Shown: positions 28,677-41,500 of the stretch, piece after piece | Layout of the letters: each line of letters starts with the position of its first letter | Numbering within the stretch: the stretch's first letter is position 1 | NCBI GenBank assembly: GCA_963693055.1 | Contig: OY843751.1 | Coordinates: 4,800,001-4,864,000 of the forward strand | Length of the DNA: 64,000 bases | Reading direction: 5' to 3' | Source of the DNA: a bacterium | GTDB taxonomy: Bacteria; Zhuqueibacterota; Zhuqueibacteria; Residuimicrobiales; Krinioviventaceae | Program-made: the position numbers and the translations under genes | The notes under the pieces: model-generated | The model's database searches: none | Told to the model about the DNA's origin: nothing | What the model saw: the letters and a program-made list of their open reading frames with translations, nothing else

Positions 28677-29795
28677 TTATTTTACATTTTTTTCATAAAA
28701 ACGATAAGTTTTATACCGCTTTGCATCCAGATCCTCCAGGGATCCTATCATTCGTTTATTGGTTTCAACAATAATTGAGCACTCGGATTGTGGAAAACCC
28801 ATTTTTCGGCCCTGTTCAATGGAATTCAAATAAAATACTATTTCCAGCCCACGGTGCCTATATTCAGGTAATACCCCCATTGCAATAGTTCGTAAATTTT
28901 TAATGCGTTTCATCTCATTCAACATTTTAAATATTCCAAAAGGTAAAAGGCGTCCATTGGCTTTTTGAATGGCCGGATTAGCATCTTTTAGGGTCAACGC
29001 AAAACCCACACACTCGTCACCAACATACGCAAAATAGCTCAACTCTTCAACCGCAACATATTTCAATTCTCCTGCCATATAATGCAACTGTGCATCTGTA
29101 AGCGGTACATGTCCCCAGTTTTCCATCCAGGCATAATTAAAAATTTTGCCAACCTTGAGTATAGCATCATCCAACTCTTTAATCGACAGATTTTCAAGCC
29201 GAATATTGTTCTGCTTAATCACCCGGTCTCTGATTTTATAAAAAGAAGGTTTTATCTCTACATCTGCATTTACCATAAAAGCATACCAGTCAATGGCTTT
29301 ACTCATACCATTGCCCTGTACAAGGTCATTATAGTATGGCGGATTATAAGACAGCATTATTACCGGCATGGAATCAAAGCCTTCATACAACATGGCACAC
29401 ATATCATACAAGGTAAAACTGATAGGACCTACCATTTTGCTTTTACCTTGCTCAGCCAGCCATGCTGAAGCATTATCCAGCAATGCGTCAGCAACCTGCT
29501 GATCGTTTATACATTCAAAAAAACCGAAAAAACCTGTTTCGTGGTCATGATATTTTTCATATTGCCCACTGATATGAGCAGAAATACGCCCCACAATTTC
29601 TCCATCTCGCCAGGCAAGAAAATATTCAGCTCTGCCAAATTCAAAAAATACACCTTTTTCTTTGTTCAAAAACTTGAGCTGATCAGAAAGTAAAGGGGGA
29701 ACCCAATAAGGATCATTCTTGTAGAGCGAAAAAGGGAATTTAATAAATTTTTTCAAATCTTGCTTACTAACCACCCTGGTAACCAGTATTTGCAT
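28677..29795 (-). CDS. GNAT family N-acetyltransferase (YghO-like)
   Basis: FIKFPFSLY..DPYWVPPL, GFFGFFEC, YNPPYY, GVLPEYRHRGL. Confidence 0.8.
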   Translation of the reverse strand: MQILVTRVVSKQDLKKFIKFPFSLYKNDPYWVPPLLSDQLKFLNKEKGVFFEFGRAEYFLAWRDGEIVGRISAHISGQYEKYHDHETGFFGFFECINDQQVADALLDNASAWLAEQGKSKMVGPISFTLYDMCAMLYEGFDSMPVIMLSYNPPYYNDLVQGNGMSKAIDWYAFMVNADVEIKPSFYKIRDRVIKQNNIRLENLSIKELDDAILKVGKIFNYAWMENWGHVPLTDAQLHYMAGELKYVAVEELSYFAYVGDECVGFALTLKDANPAIQKANGRLLPFGIFKMLNEMKRIKNLRTIAMGVLPEYRHRGLEIVFYLNSIEQGRKMGFPQSECSIIVETNKRMIGSLEDLDAKRYKTYRFYEKNVK

Positions 29796-29911
29796 AACTT
29801 GCTCCGTTTTTCACATGTTGAACAATTAATGTATTTTTTTATTGAATTTTATTTGTATATTTATTATATTTTAAGGTTTTGATGTTTAACATATAAAGAG
29901 CGAGAGGTCCA

Positions 29912-30166
29912 ATGGCACATCATAAATCAGCAATTAAACGCATTCAAACCAATGCGCGTGATAACTTGAAGAATAAAGTTTACATGTCTTCATTAAAGAC
30001 ACAGGTTAAAAAAGTTAGATCAGCAACTACTAAAGAAGAAGCTGAAACTCAGTTTCGCATTGCTTCTTCCAAACTCGACAAGCTGGTAAACAAGGGCATT
30101 ATCCATCGCAATAAAGCTGCAAACCAGAAATCACGCCTTGCTGCGGTTGTCAACACTATTGAATAG
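29912..30166 (+). CDS. rpsT: 30S ribosomal protein S20
   Basis: MAHHKSAIKR, LDKLVNKGIIHRNKAA. Confidence 0.97.
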   Translation: MAHHKSAIKRIQTNARDNLKNKVYMSSLKTQVKKVRSATTKEEAETQFRIASSKLDKLVNKGIIHRNKAANQKSRLAAVVNTIE

Positions 30167-30192
30167 TATTCAAAAAAAAATTGACAAAAAAT

Positions 30193-30222
30193 AAACCGGG
30201 TCAATTTGCAACCCGGTTTTTT
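30193..30222. terminator. Terminator between rpsT and guaB
   Basis: aaaccgggt-caatttgca-acccggttttt. Confidence 0.8.
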
Positions 30223-30241
30223 AGTTTATATACTCGTTTAA

Positions 30242-31717
<1,476 letters not shown>

Positions 31718-31763
31718 TTATTCTCCAAAAATATATCTATTCCAAATGATTACCTATAATTGC

Positions 31764-31813
31764 ATAAAAGCTTATGATGTCAACATAGTTATCCTGTCAT
31801 CATAAGCTTTTAT
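31764..31813. repeat. 16-bp perfect inverted repeat upstream of guaB
   Basis: ataaaagcttatgatg-N18-catcataagcttttat. Confidence 0.75.
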
Positions 31814-31939
31814 CAGATTATCCAAATTTTTTCAATCAAACATTTCTCCGGATAATGTATCTAAAAGTTTAACAATTTTTTAATTAAGAATCAACTGTTT
31901 TTTCAAATGATTAATACAGTTTTAGGTAATCCTGATGTA

Positions 31940-32623
31940 TCACATTTCCCCAAAGGTCTGAAATTCCGCATACAATTTAAGAATTGCCGGAACATAACCT
32001 CGCGTTTCTTTCCATAAAATATTATCATTTTTGTTAGACGCTAACCATAACCGTGCAATACGGGGGCCTGCATTATACGCTGCCAAACCGCCATCGTGAT
32101 CATACATGGTTACCATTTCATTCAGATACCTGCATCCCAAACGAATATTGATTAATGGATCATTCAACATCTTGCTGGATGTCCATTCAATCCCCTCTTC
32201 TGCAGCCAAATATTCCCCGGTTGATGGCATGATCTGCATGAGTCCCATTGCACCCACCCGCGATACCACCTGAGGATCCCAGGTATTGGCACTTTCATGT
32301 GTAATGGTAGCCGCTATAAAATCTATATTCAGATTCGGGTATTTCACACTCATCTCATAGATCTCGTTAGCAATATCAACCCTTTGACTGTCATTCATTT
32401 CATTGTTGTATTTCTCAATGATGTCTAAAATTTTGTTCACACTTTTGCTGCGTTCCTGATCTACCTGAGCCATAGATTCATGAATAATTATACTTTTACT
32501 TATATCGGAAATATACTTTTCCTGACTGCTCTTGCTTTCAATTACCGCAAAAGAAACGACCACCATCACCAATATAATTAAAAGTGCACCAAACAGAATG
32601 CTTATGCTGTATTTAATTCTCAC
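31940..32623 (-). CDS. Lytic transglycosylase (SLT domain), membrane-anchored
   Basis: ITHES, GAMGLMQIMP, AYNAG, ETRGYV. Confidence 0.92.
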   Translation of the reverse strand: MRIKYSISILFGALLIILVMVVVSFAVIESKSSQEKYISDISKSIIIHESMAQVDQERSKSVNKILDIIEKYNNEMNDSQRVDIANEIYEMSVKYPNLNIDFIAATITHESANTWDPQVVSRVGAMGLMQIMPSTGEYLAAEEGIEWTSSKMLNDPLINIRLGCRYLNEMVTMYDHDGGLAAYNAGPRIARLWLASNKNDNILWKETRGYVPAILKLYAEFQTFGEM

Positions 32624-32665
32624 ACCTACTCCAAATTACTTCTAACTGCTTATTAACAACACAAT

Positions 32666-32681
32666 ATCAATTTTTATGCCA
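32666..32681 (-). promoter_or_regulatory. Putative sigma-54 promoter of the SLT gene
   Basis: TGGCATAAAAATTGAT (GG-N10-GA), about 43 nt upstream of the start. Confidence 0.4.
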
Positions 32682-32975
32682 GAACAATATAAAAAAATCG
32701 ATAAAAATCACAACAATTGCGAATTATTGAATTCGTTTTCAACATTATACGCACAAAACCTCTCAAGAGATTCATATTTTATAATCACAATAGTAGTGTA
32801 GTAAAATAGTATGGTTTCTGCGCAAATTTTTCATTTACATGAAAAATTAACACCCTATTTTATCCATCATTTTAAAAACATGAATGTAATCACTTGACAT
32901 ATTTTCAATTCTTTTGTATACTAGACAACATAAAGAATATTTGCTTACAGCCTTAAACAAATCAGGAGGCTAGTT

Positions 32976-33818
32976 ATGCGCGAATTACCGTATGATAGTG
33001 TGGTGCAAAATGTAGCTGAACTTTGCATCAACGCAAACTATCAACTAGGTGATGATGTCATCCAGTCATTTCAGGAAAACCTGAAAAAAGAAAACTCTCC
33101 CACCGGCCGTGCAATACTTGAACAGCTCATTGAAAACGCAAAAATCTCTAAAAACGGTGTATTCCCACTCTGTCAGGATACCGGTTTTTCTGTGTTTTTT
33201 GTAGAAATGGGTCAAGATGTGCATATAACCGGCGGAACACTGAACCAGGCCATTAACGAAGGCGTTCGTTCAGGTTACAAAGATGGATATTTACGAAAAT
33301 CCATTGTTGAAGATCCATTACGCAGGGTAAACACCAAAGACAATACCCCTGCCATTATCTGGACCGATATAGTTCCGGGAGACAAGTTAAAAATTACCAT
33401 GGCCCCAAAAGGCGGTGGAAGTGAAAACATGAGTGAAGTTGCCATGCTCAAACCTGCCGATGGCGCCGAAGGCGTCAAAAACTTTGTTGTAGATAAAGTC
33501 AGCAGATCTGGTGGAAATCCTTGTCCCCCTATCATTGTGGGTGTTGGCATTGGAGGTACTTTTGAAAAAGTCGCCTGGCTGGCAAAAAAATCACTCACCC
33601 GTTCAATAGGTGACCGCAATCCGGACCCCTTTTACGCGGACATGGAATTAGAATTACTAGAAAAAGTGAACAAGTTGGGCATTGGGCCCCAGGGTTTAGG
33701 CGGCAATACAACAGCTCTGGATGTTCACATTGAAGTGCATCCGTGTCACATTGCATCGTTACCGGCGTCAGTGAATATCCAATGTCATTCGGCCCGGCAT
33801 AAATCGGTTGAATTGTAA
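32976..33818 (+). CDS. Fe-S fumarate hydratase / tartrate dehydratase alpha subunit
   Basis: CQDTG, KGGGSEN, GGNPCPP, IQCHSARH. Confidence 0.93.
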   Translation: MRELPYDSVVQNVAELCINANYQLGDDVIQSFQENLKKENSPTGRAILEQLIENAKISKNGVFPLCQDTGFSVFFVEMGQDVHITGGTLNQAINEGVRSGYKDGYLRKSIVEDPLRRVNTKDNTPAIIWTDIVPGDKLKITMAPKGGGSENMSEVAMLKPADGAEGVKNFVVDKVSRSGGNPCPPIIVGVGIGGTFEKVAWLAKKSLTRSIGDRNPDPFYADMELELLEKVNKLGIGPQGLGGNTTALDVHIEVHPCHIASLPASVNIQCHSARHKSVEL

Positions 33819-33843
33819 TTTTGTAAAAACAGGGAAACCTATT

Positions 33844-34401
33844 ATGGCAGAAACAATATCTTTAACAACTCCACTTGACGAAAAACAAGTGGAAAAGCTG
33901 CATGCCGGAGACAATGTATTGATCACCGGTATCATCTACACAGCACGAGATGCGGCGCATAAACGTCTTGTTGAACTGCTTGATTCCGGCCAGGACCTCC
34001 CCATTGATGTTAAAGGACACCTGATATATTATGTTGGCCCATCACCTGCGCGTCCCGGACAGGTAATTGGTTCAGCAGGTCCCACTACAAGTTATCGTAT
34101 GGATCCTTACGCTCCTAAAATACTAAAAGCGGGTTCACGAGGTATGATTGGTAAAGGTGAAATGGGCGCCAATGTAGCCAAAGCACTTCAGGAGTATAAA
34201 GGTGTTTATATGACAGCGGTAGGAGGTGCAGCAGCATTGATAGCCAAATCCATTCAAGACAGTCAGGTAGTGGCTTATGACGAACTTGGTGCTGAAGCCA
34301 TTAGAAAGTTAACAGTAAAAGACTTTCCGGCCGTAGTTGCTCAAGACGCGCATGGCGGCAATAGCTTTGTTGACGGCCGGAACCAATATAAATCGGATTA
34401 A
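33844..34401 (+). CDS. Fe-S fumarate hydratase / tartrate dehydratase beta subunit
   Basis: TARDAAHKR, AGPTTSYRMD, IGKG; start moved to ATG 33844. Confidence 0.93.
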   Translation: MAETISLTTPLDEKQVEKLHAGDNVLITGIIYTARDAAHKRLVELLDSGQDLPIDVKGHLIYYVGPSPARPGQVIGSAGPTTSYRMDPYAPKILKAGSRGMIGKGEMGANVAKALQEYKGVYMTAVGGAAALIAKSIQDSQVVAYDELGAEAIRKLTVKDFPAVVAQDAHGGNSFVDGRNQYKSD

Positions 34402-34405
34402 AGCA

Positions 34406-34786
34406 TCAGGTACGGGCGCCAACCAAATTGGCGCCTGTTAAATTTGCGTCTCGTGTATCTGAACCCGTCATATCAGCTTCACGTAAATCGGAATGCCATA
34501 GATTTGCATTCTTGAAATTGGCGTTAGACATATTTGCACCAATAAACTTGCATTCACGCAAGTCTGCATGCCAAAAATCGGCTCCCCTCAGATCAGCTTT
34601 AGTCAAATCTGATTTTCGTAATTCTGCCCTTCGAAGATCTGCTTTGCGGAAATCAACCCCCTTTAAATCCTCAGAAAAAAAATCAATCCCCCTTAGATCT
34701 ATACGTTCATTGGGATTCTTTTTTCTCCACTCGTTCCAACATTTTACACCCTTTTTCAATACCGCCACTTGTTCCGGATTTGCCAT
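34406..34786 (-). CDS. Pentapeptide repeat protein
   Basis: MANPEQ..WNEWR N-terminus followed by A(D/N)LXX repeats. Confidence 0.9.
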   Translation of the reverse strand: MANPEQVAVLKKGVKCWNEWRKKNPNERIDLRGIDFFSEDLKGVDFRKADLRRAELRKSDLTKADLRGADFWHADLRECKFIGANMSNANFKNANLWHSDLREADMTGSDTRDANLTGANLVGART

Positions 34787-34861
34787 CTTCTTTTCCTTAA
34801 CCTTTAATATTTATTGCAATATAATGCATTTTCTAGCAGCAATCAAATATTTTTTAACCAT

Positions 34862-35692
34862 TTAGACAGTCGGTTTGGGTGCCGCCGGAACATCCGGACT
34901 TTCAACAAAATCTTTATTGAGAGGTATCAAATGTATACTCTTTTTCGCCTTGCCGGTTTTCAATGTTTTCAAAAACATTTCTTTTTTCAAGAGCTGAATT
35001 GCAAATGACGGATCCACATCTTTGGGACAAACATCTGAACACGCACCTGCAAAGTGACAGTTGGGTGCTCCGTGCCCTGAAAATGTAATTTCCAAACGCT
35101 CATCGCTGCCTTCATCCCGGGAATCTGCATTGTAACGATATGCCTGTGCAAGTGCCTGAGGACCGGCAAACTGCTCATCCGTAGCAACCGTGGGGCAGGC
35201 GGCAAGGCAGAGCCCACATTTAATACAATATGCGAACTGGATGTAATTCACCAGCTCTTCAGTACTTTGAAAATATTCACCCGTGGGCATATTTTGCTCT
35301 TTAAGGTCCTTGCGAATCAAATAAGGCTTGACTGATTTATGTTTTTGAAAAAAGCCTTCAAGATCAGGTACCAGATCCCGGATGATATCATAATTGGGTA
35401 ATGGTTTGATCTGAATACGGGATTTATGTATATGCAATATTTGATTATTACAAGCCAACCGCGGATATCCATTAATAAACATCCCGCAAGACCCGCAAAC
35501 ACCCATACGGCACGACGATCTCCAGGCCAGTCCCGGCTCAAGATGTTCTTTAATCCAGTGTAGACCGTCAAGTACTGTCATTCCCTTGGTAACCGGCACA
35601 GTATATTCCTGCATTCTTGGCGCATCATCGGTCTCAGGATTGTATCGTAATACTTCAAACACAACATTTACATTATCAGCTAGAGTAGTCAT
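34862..35692 (-). CDS. sdhB: Succinate dehydrogenase/fumarate reductase iron-sulfur subunit
   Basis: CRMGVCGSC, CIKCGLCLAACP, CHFAGACSDVCP; start moved to ATG 35692. Confidence 0.95.
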   Translation of the reverse strand: MTTLADNVNVVFEVLRYNPETDDAPRMQEYTVPVTKGMTVLDGLHWIKEHLEPGLAWRSSCRMGVCGSCGMFINGYPRLACNNQILHIHKSRIQIKPLPNYDIIRDLVPDLEGFFQKHKSVKPYLIRKDLKEQNMPTGEYFQSTEELVNYIQFAYCIKCGLCLAACPTVATDEQFAGPQALAQAYRYNADSRDEGSDERLEITFSGHGAPNCHFAGACSDVCPKDVDPSFAIQLLKKEMFLKTLKTGKAKKSIHLIPLNKDFVESPDVPAAPKPTV

Positions 35693-35702
35693 AATAATTC
35701 TC

Positions 35703-36065
35703 CTAATTGACAAACACGAATACTGCCGCAAACGCGCCATACGCAAACAAGGCCAGCCCCAGAATAGTTAAAAACACTGAAATGGATTTTTCAGCGCTTT
35801 TTGACATGGAAATCTCGAATAAAATATTTTTCAATCCATACAAACCATGATACAAAGCTGAACCCAACAATAATATATAAGTGATCATGAAAAAAATGTG
35901 CTTACTACGGTGGAATACAGATTCCGCACTGATTGGCTCACTGTAACCCAACCCTATGGCTGCCAGTATTTCATCCAGGTGCATAATAAACATGTGCATA
36001 CCCAAAAGGAAAAATATTACAGCACCCGCTAAAAGATGAAAAACCCATAATTTACCTTCTCGCAT
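35703..36065 (-). CDS. sdhD: Succinate dehydrogenase small membrane anchor
   Basis: 3 TM helices, His ligands, YHGLYGL; operon context. Confidence 0.8.
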   Translation of the reverse strand: MREGKLWVFHLLAGAVIFFLLGMHMFIMHLDEILAAIGLGYSEPISAESVFHRSKHIFFMITYILLLGSALYHGLYGLKNILFEISMSKSAEKSISVFLTILGLALFAYGAFAAVFVFVN

Positions 36066-36080
36066 AACATTCTCCCTTTT

Positions 36081-36530
36081 TTACAATACGTAAAAATCCA
36101 AACCGCCCAAAACAATTAAAATGGCGGTTAAAACCATTGCCAGAATAAAAAACGGACGCTGTCTGCGTACCGCATTTGTATAGGGAATGACCGGACGTCT
36201 GGGTTTCCCCATCAGCAATCCCAATTCTGTAAAGAGCAGACGTAAACCATTTAATGCATGGTAAGCAAATGCTACAAAGACTAAGAATTCACCAAATTTA
36301 AAAAAAGGAGTTTCCAAAGCATGCATGGTTTGGTCCCATGCTTCCTGACCCCAAATTCGGGTACCTGTTGCAAAAATATGTAATATAAAATACAATAAAA
36401 TACCTAACCCTGTAAGACGGTGCAGGCTGTACGCGTATCGCTCCATTCCATAACGTCCACCGCCAAGCCAGCCCCACAGACCAAGATTATTTTTCTGTTT
36501 TTTTATCTCTTGATTCATAGTAAGCTCCAT
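36081..36530 (-). CDS. sdhC: Succinate dehydrogenase cytochrome b subunit
   Basis: LHRLTG, YHALNGLR. Confidence 0.88.
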   Translation of the reverse strand: MELTMNQEIKKQKNNLGLWGWLGGGRYGMERYAYSLHRLTGLGILLYFILHIFATGTRIWGQEAWDQTMHALETPFFKFGEFLVFVAFAYHALNGLRLLFTELGLLMGKPRRPVIPYTNAVRRQRPFFILAMVLTAILIVLGGLDFYVL

Positions 36531-36532
36531 GA

Positions 36533-38251
36533 TTAATACTTGCGTTCAACGGGTTTCCAGGTAGATATTACAACCGGCTTGTAAGAAAATTCCATACCAC
36601 CTTCTTTAGCTGTTGCCAAAGTGTGTTTTAACCAGTTATCATCATCACGAACAGGATAATCACGACGTGCATGCGCTCCACGGGTTTCCTTTCTTTCCAA
36701 TCCTCCGGCAACCATTACTTCCGCCAATTCAAGCAAATTCATTAGCTCTAAAGCGTGTATTAAATTGGTATTATAAGTGCCTGATTTATCCTGAATACTA
36801 ATTTTCTTGTAACGTTGTTTCAATTCTTTGATTTTATTTAATGCCGTTTCCATACCCTCCTGGGTTCTGAAAACGCCAACATTTAAATCCATTGTTGAAC
36901 GCAATTCACGTCGAAGTTCATATAAATTTTCTTCGCCGTCCATAGCACGGATCTCATCGGTTACCCATTTAACCTCTTCATTAAACCGTTTTTCAGAGAC
37001 CTGGGGCATACCTTTTTGATCAACACAATATTGTGCGGCTTGTTCACCCACAATTTTACCCCACACCAGACACTCGGCAGTTGAATTTGAACCCAACCGG
37101 TTTGCTCCATGCAGGCTGACACACGCGGCTTCACCTGCCGCCCAAATTCCGGGGACACGTGTAGCACCGTCAATATCAGTTTCAATTCCACCCATTGAGT
37201 AATGTGCCACCGCACGGCACGGGATAGGCTCCTTTATAGGATCCAGATCGTTATAATGTAAACACACCTCTCTTATTAAAGGCAGTCTGTCATTGATCTT
37301 GTCTGCTCCCAAATGACGCAAATCCAGATAAATATAATCCAGTCCACCCGGGCCTTTAAATCCACGACCAGCTTCAATCTCTTTAATTTCAGAACGCGAC
37401 ACCATATCACGCGGAGCGAGTTCCATGCGCTCTGGTGCGTATTCTTTCATAAAACGTTCACCCTCACTGTTAACAAGGTAACCGCCCTCGCCACGACAAG
37501 CCTCGGTCATTAAAATGCCCGAAGGTACCAAACCCGTGGGATGAAATTGTACAAATTCCATATCTTCCAAAGGAATTCCCGCACGGTAAGCCAGTGCCAA
37601 TCCATCACCGGTTACGGTTTGAGAATAGGTTGTAAAACCAAACAAGGTCCCACTTCCACCACTGGCAATAACCAGACCTTTACCACGGATCAGGTTAAAC
37701 TCTCCACTGGCCATATTGAATGCAGTCAAACCCTGGAATTGATTGTCTTCCACAATGATCGATGTAACAAAAAACTCGTTATAATGGGTTACATTATCAT
37801 ATTTTAGCAATGTGTCGTACAAGGTCTGCAATTCAAAAAAACCGGTCTTGTCTGCAGCCAACACTGCACGGGGATAACTGTGTCCCCCAAAGGGACGTTG
37901 GGCAATTTTTCCGTCTTCCCAGCGGGTCCACGGAATTCCCCAGTGTTCAAGCTGACGGATCTCGTCAGGAATGATACGCACAAAACGATGTACTACATCC
38001 TGGTCTGCAAGGAAATCGCTTCCTTTGACTGTATCCCAGGCGTGAAGATCAAAACTATCTCCTTTGTCAAGACGCAAAACCGCTGCGGTTCCGCCCTCTG
38101 CGGCAACAGAATGGGCACGCATCATTTGATTTTTCGTAATGATTGCAATTTTCAACTTTCCCTCAGACTGTCGTGACGCCTCAATAGCTGTGCGTAAACC
38201 CGCAAGTCCTGCACCAAAGATGACCAGATCGTGATCAAGGACATTTAGCAT
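36533..38251 (-). CDS. sdhA: Succinate dehydrogenase/fumarate reductase flavoprotein
   Basis: GAGLAG, RAHSVAAEGG, QFHPT, HYSMGG, HGANRLGSNS. Confidence 0.97.
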   Translation of the reverse strand: MLNVLDHDLVIFGAGLAGLRTAIEASRQSEGKLKIAIITKNQMMRAHSVAAEGGTAAVLRLDKGDSFDLHAWDTVKGSDFLADQDVVHRFVRIIPDEIRQLEHWGIPWTRWEDGKIAQRPFGGHSYPRAVLAADKTGFFELQTLYDTLLKYDNVTHYNEFFVTSIIVEDNQFQGLTAFNMASGEFNLIRGKGLVIASGGSGTLFGFTTYSQTVTGDGLALAYRAGIPLEDMEFVQFHPTGLVPSGILMTEACRGEGGYLVNSEGERFMKEYAPERMELAPRDMVSRSEIKEIEAGRGFKGPGGLDYIYLDLRHLGADKINDRLPLIREVCLHYNDLDPIKEPIPCRAVAHYSMGGIETDIDGATRVPGIWAAGEAACVSLHGANRLGSNSTAECLVWGKIVGEQAAQYCVDQKGMPQVSEKRFNEEVKWVTDEIRAMDGEENLYELRRELRSTMDLNVGVFRTQEGMETALNKIKELKQRYKKISIQDKSGTYNTNLIHALELMNLLELAEVMVAGGLERKETRGAHARRDYPVRDDDNWLKHTLATAKEGGMEFSYKPVVISTWKPVERKY

Positions 38252-38542
38252 GAATACCTCCGAAAAAATATCAAAAGGATAAATGATGGTATGGTATCAT
38301 AAAGAATTTTGATAAAACATGGAAAATTTTGCAAGTGGGGAACCATACGCTTTACCAAGTTTTAAAACATAGGTACTATATTGTTATGGTGTTCTTTACA
38401 AGATAGCATACTTGTATACTGTTGTCAAGAGAATTTTAGACTTTTCACTAAATATGTACAATTTAACCTGCAATATTTGTTTTTTCTTGCGTATTCAAGC
38501 AGAGATTGCTATACTACAAATGGGACAATGGAGAAATGCGGT

Positions 38543-41500
38543 ATGGATATTTATTTCGAACGGCTAAAAAACAGGGCCGGCGATCTGGGCAATCATTATA
38601 AAAAGTATATTGTAACCATAGATAAATATATCGATAAAATGATGGGGCGCCTTGAAATGGCCGGCGCGTTTGAAAGAGTACATCTATGGGGAACAGCTCA
38701 CGATTATGCCGAAGAGATGAATATCATCGCAGAATTGGGTAAAGATGAGCAGGAAAAACTGAACGATCTGGGATGTTATTTTGCAATTCAATTCCTGCAA
38801 ATGAACATTAACGCACTCGACACGCTGGTTCTGGAGCTCACCCGCAACGAAAACAAACTCCAGGTCTATAAAACCTTTATGCTGCGCACCGGCCATGATT
38901 TCAGATTTCTTACCGCAGCCTATATGGATAACCTGCTAAAGCTTTACATGCCTCCCGATATAAATCCGGAATTTGTATTTCTGGGTGTAGGCACCCGTTC
39001 AGATCAGGATGACATTGATATTGGTGTTGTAGACAAGGGAGACAAACACCGCGACATTTTAAACAAGTGCATTGGTAAAATGAATGCCGAAATGTTTAAA
39101 AAAGCCATCAGTTTACACTTTCATATCTCTGAACATGTAGGCAATGAAACTTCATACTCTGCGTCTATTGCGGAATACAGTGAATTGCTCGATAATGAAA
39201 TTCATGATTTTGTAATCATAACCGAGATGCTTGGAGCCGCAAGAATACTTGGCAGCCGTAAACTCTTTTTTGATTTCAGACAAAATATTACATCCCGTTA
39301 TTATTATTACAATTCGGAAAGCAAGGGGCTTAAATTTCATGAAGGCTATCTGAGGGGAATTGTTGGTGAAACACGCTCCTTTATGTTTAGAGAGCTGTCT
39401 AAAAAAATGATCAATCCCAAAGCCGATGGTCTCAGAATGATCAAGGGATTGCTTTACGCGGCAAAAACTATTTACTATCTCCGTCAGGTTAATTCCTGGG
39501 CAATTCTTGACGAGCTGTCACACAAGGATAAACGCAGAAGTCATTTGTTCTCTAATCTTGAATGGCCACTTACATTTTTAGAAGTGTTCCGCTACCTGTA
39601 CCAGCTTTTAATAGCACAGGAAGAAGAGATCTATCTTAACGACAGAGGCACAAAACACAATCTCGATCAAATTGCAGAGTTGATGGGTTATAAATCCATA
39701 GGTGCGGCATCCGCAACTGATTTCCTGTTAACCGATTATTATAAAAATATTATGCAGGCCAAAAGTACAGTAAAAAGCCTGGTCCCGTTTGCGGTTCAAC
39801 ACCTGGAATCTATCACCATATTTGGCAAAGTACTGCGCCATAAAAAGGTGACAGAAGAAGGTGAAAAACGCATTGGTAATCTTGCTGAACGTTTTTTAAA
39901 AGAAACTCTGTTTTTCAGAGGCACCCGGTTCTGGGATGATATAATAACCGTGCTGGACAGCAAAAATGGCCGGGTATTGAAACGATTGGCAAACGATATA
40001 AACGCACTTCCGGAAGATAAAAAAGAAAAAATGCTGGAGAAATTCAACCACTGGGGTTGGAACTCGTTTATTTCACTATTTTCTTTGATCACCTTGTTTT
40101 ATAAATACAGATATGAAATTCCTGATCCCACACTATACTCTCAATTAAACAAAATATTCTTTAAACGTCTGATTGTTGCTGAAGAAATAGCCCAACGAAT
40201 CAGTACTGTTTTTACGCATTTTCCCCAGTTACTTCATGAATATGTTTCGCTGCTCAGTGAAGATCAGCAGCGCAAATTATATCTTTCTCTTGATTACAAT
40301 GTTTGGGACAAGGAAGTAGAGCCCGCTAGAGACAGACTGCGATACCTGTTAAAGCTCTATTTCAGCACCGGAAAATATTACAAACTTCGCATGAAATCTG
40401 TTTTGGCGAAACATTCCGCATACCTGAACTATCTTGACAGCTTTGAACAGCTTTCGCTCATTGGTAAAGGCACACTCGCAGAATCTGAACGGACCAAGCA
40501 AACCCGGCAAAAGTTTGATCACTTAAAGTCGTATCATGAATTTGAATTTTTTCGTGTAGGCATGGTTGCCCTTCATGAGACATCCTCGGTGGGCATTTCC
40601 GTACAATACACAGATTTTTCAGACAATTATCTTCGTCTGTTATTCGATACCTGTAAAAAAGAAGAAGATGAAAACCGAGGTTATAAAATAAAAACCCGTG
40701 ATTTACTGGGAGTTTTTGTAACAGGTGGCCAGGGACAAATGCAGGCGTTTGATGATGATTATGATCTCATTATATTACTCAACTCGGATGATAAAAACAT
40801 ACAAAACTATTGTTTCCACATCATCAAGAGAATGCACAAAGAGATATTAAAATGCGGAATCCTTCCGCATTACCGCCTGGCCGATCTGATTGGAAGCTAT
40901 ATCTGCACATTTTCACAACTCCGTTCAGTCCTTATGGATAAAACCTTTGACAGATTTATAGACAAAGCGCAGCTCATTGGTGCCCGTATGATTATAGGCA
41001 GCAGTATCTTGCAAAAGGAATTTCAAGACAAATTATTAACACCCTTTATTTACAAAGATAAAGAAAACTTTAGTTTTGAACTTGTAAACGAGATTGAATC
41101 CAGACACAATTATGAATTTGAAAACAAACCCAGCGAGATCAATATCAAAGAAACCAAAGGTGGTATTAGAGATATTGAATTGCTATTGTGTTTGTTTAGA
41201 GCAATATACCAGATACATGAACCCTCAAATTTTAAACTGTTTATTTTACTACAGTCTATTTTACCCAATTACGCCCATGAATTTAAAAAATTGTTCAGGT
41301 CGTATGACTTTTTACGTCGAATGCGCATTCTTTATAGATTGAGTGTATCAGCGGAAGATAATATAGAGCAGGAACATTTGGCCCAAGTGTTGGAAAACAT
41401 GTCTCATCAAAATAAAAAGCTAACCCCAGAATTGTTGTTCAAAAGAATACAGAGCACAACCCGCTCTATAAACCGAACAAACCAAAATATAATTCACAAA

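Noticed and set aside
38381-38542. N-terminal extension of the GlnE-like ORF from TTG at 38381
   Set aside because: AT-rich promoter-like sequence without an SD; the ATG at 38543 has GGAG upstream.
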